Below, in pieces: positions 56,051 to 64,000 of a DNA stretch of 64,000 nt. The first letter of the stretch is position 1. Each line of letters starts with the position of its first letter. The notes beneath the pieces are model-generated. The model ran no database searches and was not told where the DNA came from. It saw only the letters and a list, made by a program, of their open reading frames with translations. The stretch comes from Rhina ancylostomus (taxonomy: Eukaryota): assembly GCA_030265395.1 (NCBI GenBank), contig JARFYF010000055.1, positions 18,350,862 to 18,414,861 of the forward strand. Reading direction: 5' to 3'. The translations under genes were made by a program, and so were the position numbers.

Positions 56051-57779
56051 TGAAAATGATGTATAGCTCAGAGACAGCAATATCTTAGTACATGTAATAC
56101 ATTTACAGTTCACAAGTCAACCAGAAGAAGGGTAAAGAAAAGTGAAAGGTACAACAATGTTTTCTTGGAATTTTAAATCCAGGAGATTTATTCATCCCTG
56201 GTGAGTGTCAAAGCCTTTGATGTGAAGCAGGGAACTTTAAGGTGAGTCAAGCTTTTATTCTGCAGACAGGTTCAATGTTGGCAATCCCCTTTTATTCAAA
56301 ATCCTGCTTCAAGCCAACAATTTCTTCTTTGAATTCAGGGTACAGTTTCAGCCTTGACACTCCTATTTAATTCAAAGTACACCCAACCCCCTGCATTCAC
56401 CAGTCAGTGCATGCTTTTATTTCCACTGCGTGCTTCTGTGCTTTGCATGTTGACAAAGTAAACAGTTTGCAGACACTGGGAATCAGGTTAATTGTTGTAC
56501 TTTATTTTAATGCAAATACCAGGGTAGCTAGTGAACTTGGGGAGTCTTCATTACAAGAGACATGATGCACATAAATAATGTCTAGACTGCAGGCGTCAAG
56601 TAAAATTCTACTTACGGCCAGAAGCATGTTGGGTAGTAATGTTGGTCCTTTGGCCGCTGTCTGAATGTTCTTAACTGTGGCTAGAAGAAAGCTTTGACAT
56701 CACTGGCTACTTGTTACTGTACTTTTTGGAGGCTTGTAACTGGTTAGTCACACAATAGAAAGAAGCATTTCTTTGGTTTTGGATAAAAAAACGATTATTC
56801 TTTTGGTGCTAATTCATCTGTTCAACTAGATTCCACAGTTCAACCCATTTGATTCTTTAGCACTGGTGGGATGTAATCAAGGGTCCTTAACATTAACTCT
56901 TTGGTTACTGAATGCTTTGAAAAATACATCTGCTTGTTGTGTGAACATTATAAACAAAATCAGAGTAACACTCAAAGAATATCCTTCATTGAATATCCTG
57001 TCCTTCCTCTCTCTGTTGAGGCAGGTAATTGGTGATAATGCAAAGTAACAGAATATCCTTCATTTCAGGCAGCCAGAATCAGTTATTGACAGGATGCAGC
57101 ATAATGTTCCCACCTATTGCCAGAGCACCCTCTACTGCACCACTGTGGTTCTTTCTGCACTTTGCACGCCCACCATCTTTGTGCCTGCCTGAGTGATACA
57201 TCCTGTCGGTTCCAAGTAGGTTTAGTGGTGTTGACTTGTGCACGCTGGGATTCCAAGGCTGCCCAAACTCATTTCCCCAGTGGATATTATAGCTAGCAGT
57301 CAAAGGAAACCATTGTCCTCTACATTTCTGGGTTTAATTTGAACTCGGGTCTCAGAAATAAAAATCTATTATCACCATCCATTTCTCTTATTTTTAATTT
57401 TCTTTCAGTACAGTAATTCTACCAACATCCTGAAAGGTAAGTTATGAATTTAGGTACAGCCTCAAGGTGTTGAATGGTCCACAACAGCTCGTGTGTTCCT
57501 CAAATAACTTCAGGAACAGTGATTTTTATTAATTTGATAGTTCCCAGTATTTACCAAGTAGTTAGTGGAGTTCAGGTAGATATTTATACAATGAGAGACT
57601 GAGGGTGAAGTTTGAAGTGGAAAAAGAGCAGGAAAATGTGATTTATTTTCCCTTCCCTTTAGTTTCCTTTCAGAAACCCTTCTGTTCCAGGCTGTCATTT
57701 TCAATGAAGAAAATTATGAGCAAGATGAAAGATAATTCCAAATTATGAAAAGATGAAAATACATCCAAAAGATGAAAGG

Positions 57780-57885
57780 TAGTTCCAAAGACGTACGGGT
57801 AGGTTAATTTGGGGTTTAAAATGGGTGGTGCGGACTCATTGGGCTGGAAGGGCCTGTTACCACCCTGTAAATAAAATTTTAAAAA
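57780..57885 (+). mobile_element. 3' half of the SINE subfamily at 43625-43871
   Basis: 'aaagacgtacgggtaggttaatttggggtttaaaatgggtggtgcggactcattgggctggaagggcctgttacc' is nearly the exact reverse complement of 43655-43735. Confidence 0.9.
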
Positions 57886-58364
57886 ATAGAAGACAGCCTC
57901 GGGATCTAGACTCAAGTATTGAGCTCGTGTCCAAGATCAAACCAGACTAGACCTTATGTGACACATGAGCACTGTCCATAATTGTATTGGATTTTTTTTA
58001 TTGATATATATATTTACCTACAAAAAACAGTAGCGGTGATGTTGGAAATTACTATCTCTGTGGCTGTACCAGCTGCTTTTCTGCTGAACGGTGTTTGCAA
58101 AGGGTGAACTTTCAGATGCAGTTAAAGTTTCGAAACAAACATTAGATTACCTAAGGGGTTTTATCAGCCAATAAAACTAAAAATATTGCAAATACTTAAC
58201 CTGTTGGAAAATGAGTCCAAATGATTATCAGTGGAACCAGAAGCAACATAAATCCTTCAGTTGTATATGAGAGAATCTGTGTATACTTAGTATCAGGCCT
58301 GGTCAAACTGAAGGTAGACTGGATCACGGACAGGCTTGGAGATGCATTTCTAAGGAGAGCTTTC

Positions 58365-58880
58365 TCTTATTCATTTGCGGAATGTTAGATGTCAGCACTG
58401 ATAGTCCATCCCGAATTGTTCTTAACAAGGTGAGCTGCCTTCTTGATCACTTGCAGTCTCTCTGGTGAAGATACATAGTCCTGTCCAGTGGAGAGTTCCA
58501 GGATCTAGTGCCAATGAAGGTACCACAATAAATGTCCATGTATGGATGGTGTATAACTTGGCGGAGAACCCGACAGTGGTAGTGTTCCTATGCACCTGCT
58601 GCTCTTGTCCTTGTTGGAGTTTATACGTGTGGGCAATAGTGTCAAGGCAGCCAAGGCAAGCAAATACAGCTCATTTTGTACACGGTATAGACATTCCATC
58701 CAAGATTTGCTGGAGGAAATTAAATGTTTGGATGATGGCATGGAGTCCCAACCAAGTTGGCTGCTCTGTTCTGGTTGGTGTCCTCGAGTAGTGTTGGAGC
58801 TATGCTCATCCAGGCAATTAGAGAATATTACATGTCACTCCTTATGGTGTCTTATTAATACTGTAAAGGCTTTAGGCCAT
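58365..58880 (-). mobile_element. LINE fragment of the 5579-6582 family
   Basis: Reverse-similar to 6070-6570, e.g. 'gctcatccaggcaattagagaatattacatgtcactcc'. Confidence 0.65.
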
Positions 58881-59189
58881 TAGGAGTTGTCATTGTAACC
58901 ATCTTTACTGTGAATTTGAACTTCACTGATTACATTGAGCAAATTCATGGCAGTGTGTTCTTGAGAACAGCAAAAGTGAATCCTAACTGCCTGGGTGGGA
59001 AAGGTGCTTGCTGTTATGCTATACAACCAGCTGAAGAATGGCAGAAGAATAGGTTGGACAAGTAGGAAGAAAGGCAAAGACATCTCCATTATACAACTTC
59101 TTCCTTTGCTTCAGGGGAAAAAATATCTGTCTCTCCCTCTTCATGTGTCTTTTCAAATACTGACAATAATTCATTTTTGCAACAAGAGC

Positions 59190-59515
59190 CGTAACCACTT
59201 TAAGATAAAGAAGGTGTTTGGAAGGGCAGAGGTAGAAAGCAATAAAGACTCTCCTTCTGATTTATCCTGTATTGTGTCCACATCTGACAGGGTCCACGAT
59301 ACAGGATAAATCAGAAGGAGGGTCTTCATTCAAAGTGTGTGGAATTCTGTACTGAGGAGAACAGCATAAATGCATCTATGGGGAAAATGGATAAATACAT
59401 GAGTGGGAAAAGAATAGAAGCCAGTTTTGGGGTGAGCTGAAGTCAATAGGAAGGAGATCATAAACACTGTTATGATCCCTAGGGCCAAATGCTTGATTCT
59501 GAGTTTTTAATTCTA
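59190..59515 (+). mobile_element. Decayed CR1-like 3' end containing an inverted repeat
   Basis: 'gtgtggaattctgtact...atggataaatacatgagtgggaaaagaatagaag...gggccaaatgcttgattctg'. Confidence 0.55.
59245..59326. repeat. Inverted repeat (32-bp arms, 18-nt loop)
   Basis: ctccttctgatttatcctgtat (59251-59272) pairs perfectly with atacaggataaatcagaaggag (59299-59320); extends to 32 bp with two G-T pairs. Confidence 0.95.
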
Positions 59516-60374
59516 CACATTCTTGGACTGCAAGATGTTGGTGATTAAAATTATTTTGTTTTTCCCAATCCAGTTATGCTTTGTCACCTCTACAAATAAA
59601 TCTGTACTGTTTACCAGGCAAAGCAGTCGGCTATGGCATGTCTATTGGCCATAGGCCAGATCTTAGTTGACAAAGAAACCTCATTCTTGGATTCCTTGTT
59701 AACTTGCTTGCTCTGCTTGCTGACAAACAACTGGAAGAAAACCAGCAGCCGTAATTTTATTTTACAGGTGCATCCTTGCTTAACTTTGCAATTCCTAGTG
59801 TCTCTGAGTACACAGTGCTGAATCTAAGGCAAAGAGATTCATGCCACAGGAGATTCATCTACCACACCTAGAGAAGAGCTTTCACTCTCTCAGAATGAAT
59901 AAATGTGCTGTTGTTCAGATAAGCTCAAAGGCAAGCTCTCAATCGAATACCCCGAGGCAACTAAATTATGGGACGTGCAATCAATTCTTACATATTTTCA
60001 TTTTTCACCTGTTGTTTCCCTTTTTACGAAGCTCTCTACCACTGTCTTCTACCTCCATCATTGGCTGTGCATTCATTATATTGATACAGCCAGGGGAACA
60101 GGCCAGGGACCTTACTTAATGCACTGGCTTGGATGAGGCAGGTAGAAGCTTAGGTAAATGAGGGACTAACAACGAGCTGATGTCAAACTTGAATTTTAAG
60201 AACCTGACACTTGCAGGGAGAAGTCAAACCTGGGGATAGAAAAGGAGTCCTGCACTTACTACACAACAGTAAGTCTGAGAAGAATACCATGCAGTGAACC
60301 TGCTTTGACACAACTCCTGTCTTTCCCCTCGTTTTTACTTATGCCCCCGAATTTCAGGCTTATAATATTCAAAT

Positions 60375-60480
60375 TTAGAATCATAGAGTCATAGACAGCT
60401 GCAGCACAGCAATGGGCCCTTCACCCCATAGAGTCCATGCTAATCAGCAACCACCCATTTACAATAATCCTACATCAATA
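60375..60480 (-). mobile_element. SINE 3' tail fragment
   Basis: 'tagaatcatagagtcatagagacagctgcagcacagcaatgggcccttcacccc'. Confidence 0.7.
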
Positions 60481-62479
60481 CTATTTGGCATCAGCTTGTC
60501 ACTAATTCCCAATTTACCTCTGCTTCTACCTGCTTCATCCTAGCCAATGCACTTGAGTAAGGACTCTGGCCTGTTCCCCTGGTTTGTAGCTTCCTGGCAA
60601 GAAGGGAGAAATGTTAAGAAGAACAAGGACCAGGTGTATATTTCTAGAGAGAGGGATAGATTCATGCATAGCAGTTGTACATGAAGCTTTCTTACATTGT
60701 CCTGTAGTTTGGAGGTGAACTTATACTGGATGGGGATGGTCTTGCAAGCTATTCTGTTCCTTGCTGCATTTATTTCAGCAAATGGCTTGACTACAATCAG
60801 TATAATTTTCCCGTGACAGCAGAACTTGAGCATTACTCCAGACCTACATCCAGATTCACCCCCATGGATGGGACTTTTTTTTTAATACTTCATCTTAGAA
60901 TTAGTTATCAGCACCTGCATTGGGCATTTGGGACATGTCACAATTGACCACTGGTTGAGTTGGTAACTTCAGAATGTAGCCAATGCAATAGAATGATAGT
61001 ACAGTCCAGTGTTTGATCTGTTAAATCTGCAGCAGACCTCTCAGAGGGTAACAGTGTCGTTTCCAGTTTGTTTTCCCATATACTCTTTACTCTTCAAGTA
61101 GTTACACATTTCTCTCTGAATGTTAGCACTGAATCTCCAACTTCCAGCCTATCAGTACATTCCAAATCTTAGCCACTCGGTGTAATAAAAACAGTTCCTT
61201 TGATTTTGTTTTGTATTTTATCCCTCTACTTATAAAGTTCAGCAACCAAAATTCTTTAACTACTTAGGTCAAAGATTTGTGAAAAATACTCACTTTAAAT
61301 TTGTACACGTTCACTAATCTCTTCAGTTCTCCCATCAAAATATTTCACTTTTCTGCATTGAAGATATAGATATTTGTTTACAAAATATTCTTGATATCAA
61401 TACATATGATGAGTAAATGAGTGTGGCAAAGTCTTGTTCTTACTAATGTGCTGGAACTTAATGTGTATGCCATTTTCAGTGTGTAAATGTCCAGCAATTT
61501 GTGGAAAGTGATACCCCATGTATTGCAAATTGTCACAAAATTCTGTTGCCATTTGTATCGTTCCACCATTAGCCTCACATAACTGGTAGCTAACCATCAA
61601 CATTCCCATGAGTTACAAGAAATAGCTGCATTTGTCCATTAATTTCCCATTAAGTTCATCCTAGAAAGTTAGGGCTGATGTGTAACAGCCAATATACCCT
61701 ATTAATGAGAATTATGTTCCTGCAATGCTATTTGGTCTCTGGCCCAGATTGGGAACAATTGAAATTGTGGAATCTCAATCTCTCAGGTAGCAAATTAATG
61801 GAATTCTAAGGTAAAAAATGTTAATATCTTTCTATCATTCTTCTATTGTTTAATCCTTTTTTTTATATATACATGATTTGACACTTAAATTTCTGCTATT
61901 TCCTTTCCACCATTCTTTTGTTTCTTTTTCAGCCTTTAAATCTCCTTCCTAAAGGACATCCACTATGATCCTGCCACTTACTAGGACCCCAAGATGCCCT
62001 CACACTTCCAACAATTCACAGTGCATTAACTTTTCATTTGAATGAGGGGAGACACTACATTGCTCCAGAATATATTGTATATGTGTACTTACATGAACAT
62101 GCATAGGTACATGTATGTATAGATGTATGTATAGGTGCATGTTTACATGTGTAAATGAATTAAATTTTTACTTTTAAGAGTTTGCAAATGCTTAATCCTC
62201 CCTTTGACGATCCATCATCTTTAGACTCATATTTTTCTTATTTCTCCTGTCAGACTGTACCATCTAAGTACTTCCATTGATTACTTCTGGAATTTACCAC
62301 ACATAATAAGATTAAGCCCCAATTTCTATCGGTGGTTTTATCCAGTGATCATTGACGACAAGATCAGATGATGCTAGGTTCAATCCCTTTTCTGTGCCTT
62401 TCTCAGTTAAGTTAGTAGTGGCTGATGTGTGCCCTGCTGTTAGAGAGAGGGCAATCTGCTTGCAGCTGATAACCCTCAT

Positions 62480-62812
62480 TGAATTATACAGCATGGAAAC
62501 AGGCCCTCTGCCCACTGAGTAGACACGAATCGTCAAGCAGCCATCTAACACAAACCATACATTAGCCTATTTTATTCCACCCACATTCCCATTAGCTCCC
62601 TTCAGATCACCTACACACTTTGGGCAATTTACAGTGGCTAATTAACCTACCAACCCACATGCCTTTGGGTTGTGGGAGGAAACCAAGTTACTTGGAATGA
62701 GTCCATGCAGTTGTAGGGAGAACATGCAAGTTCCACACAGGCAGCACTGGAGGTGAAGAATGAACTGTATTGCTGGGGGTGGGAAGCAGCAGCAGCTCCA
62801 CTGGCTGAGTTA
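62480..62812 (-). mobile_element. tRNA-derived SINE
   Basis: Same tail and core as the 47570 copy. Confidence 0.85.
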
Positions 62813-62816
62813 CTCT

Positions 62817-63061
62817 GCATCTTTTGCATAGAGCGTTCTGGGGGCAGCCCACAAGTGTTGCCACGCTTCCGGCGCCAACATAGCACGCCCACAACTTCCT
62901 AACCCGTACGTCTTTGGAATGTGGGAGGAAACCGGAGCACCCGGAGGAAACCCACGCAGACACAGGGAGAACGTACAAACTCCTTACAGACAGCGGCGGG
63001 AATTGAACCTGGGTCACTGGCGTTTTAATAGCGTTACGCTAACCGCTACACTACCGTGCCT
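62817..63061 (-). mobile_element. Young tRNA-derived SINE with a distinct 3' tail
   Basis: CpG-intact core 'gggaggaaaccggagcacccggaggaaacccacgcagacacagggagaacg' and head 'gggaattgaacctggg...ctaccgtgcc'. Confidence 0.9.
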
Positions 63062-64000
63062 ACATACTATACTACATGTTCTAAAGAATTCCTTCTGTGA
63101 CTATTGTAACCATGGATAGCATATTTGTGAACTACTGATGAAGACTTGTTTTGTATATGAATTGCAATCAACATCTTATAGTCAGAAAGCAAAGGATTTT
63201 TTTTATTTACTCATTATTGGGACAAGGACATTGTTGCTAAAGTCAGCTTCAGTAGCCCATTCCTAATCGCCTTGAGAAGGTGGTGTTCCAGGATTTAGAC
63301 CCAGTGATGGTGCAGGTATGGCAAAAGGCAGAATAATGCTGAGCTATGGTTGAACTCAGTTGGGAGGTGCAGTTGAAGAAGATGAGGAGAGGTTAACGAG
63401 GTCAACAACGTGGTGAAAAAGACACATGAGATGCTTTCATTTATTGTCTGGGGCACAATTGCAGGGAGTTTAAGCTAGGATTGGCTTCTGAGAGTGGACC
63501 ACAATTCTAATCGCAATAATTTAAGAGTTTTATGTAAACATCTCTTGACTCCTTCACGTCATCCTGAGGCTTGCATTCCACATGGAATGATGTTGCCAGC
63601 CCAACATACTGACTGAGACTACCTAGGACCACAATGCTGGACTGGATGTTGGCCAGGGAGAGCACACCAACATCCATTTACTTATCCTTCCAGTGAATTT
63701 GAGGATCTTGTGGAGACGGTGCTGGTGGTATTTTTCCAGTGCCTTGCAATGCCTAGTGTATTGTAATACAGATCTCAGGAGCATAGAAGAAGTCAGGGGC
63801 CACTGCTATCTCATAAACCATGACCTTTATGCCGGGTCTGAGCTCTTGACTTTCAAATAATCTTTTCAGTCTAAAGAAAGCTATGCTAGCACATTGAGGG
63901 TGGTATGTTTGCCTTCACCAAGAGGTAGCTCTGGCAATATGGAAAGTGGTCCACGTTTTCCAGAGTGTCATCATGAACCATTATCATCAGAGGACAATGT

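Overview
AT-rich, repeat-rich vertebrate genomic DNA with nine N gaps. The repeat content (tRNA-headed SINEs with CR1-type tails, DeuSINE/SacSINE1-like relics, CR1, L2, Tx1, Rex1 and Penelope-like fragments) points to a cartilaginous fish, possibly a ray (inference). The only clear host gene is a RUNX transcription factor on the + strand, most like RUNX3. Three coding exons covering the MRIPV (P2) N-terminus and the Runt domain lie at 26588-26857, 28465-28621 and about 34725-34829, the last partly hidden by a gap. I did not find the P1 exon or any post-Runt exon. The most unusual feature is a single intact axonemal dynein heavy chain (DNAH1-like) exon at 43422-43573. It lies in the intron after the Runt domain, on the same strand, with good splice sites and an entry phase matching the Runt exon. 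It sits just past the 3' tail of an antisense SINE, which suggests SINE-mediated transduction; misassembly is the main alternative. Smaller points: an 82-nt near-perfect hairpin, a Q-to-T change at a conserved Runt position, paired RUNX motifs and nested retroelement insertions. Repeat boundaries are approximate and family names come from recalled motifs, not searches.
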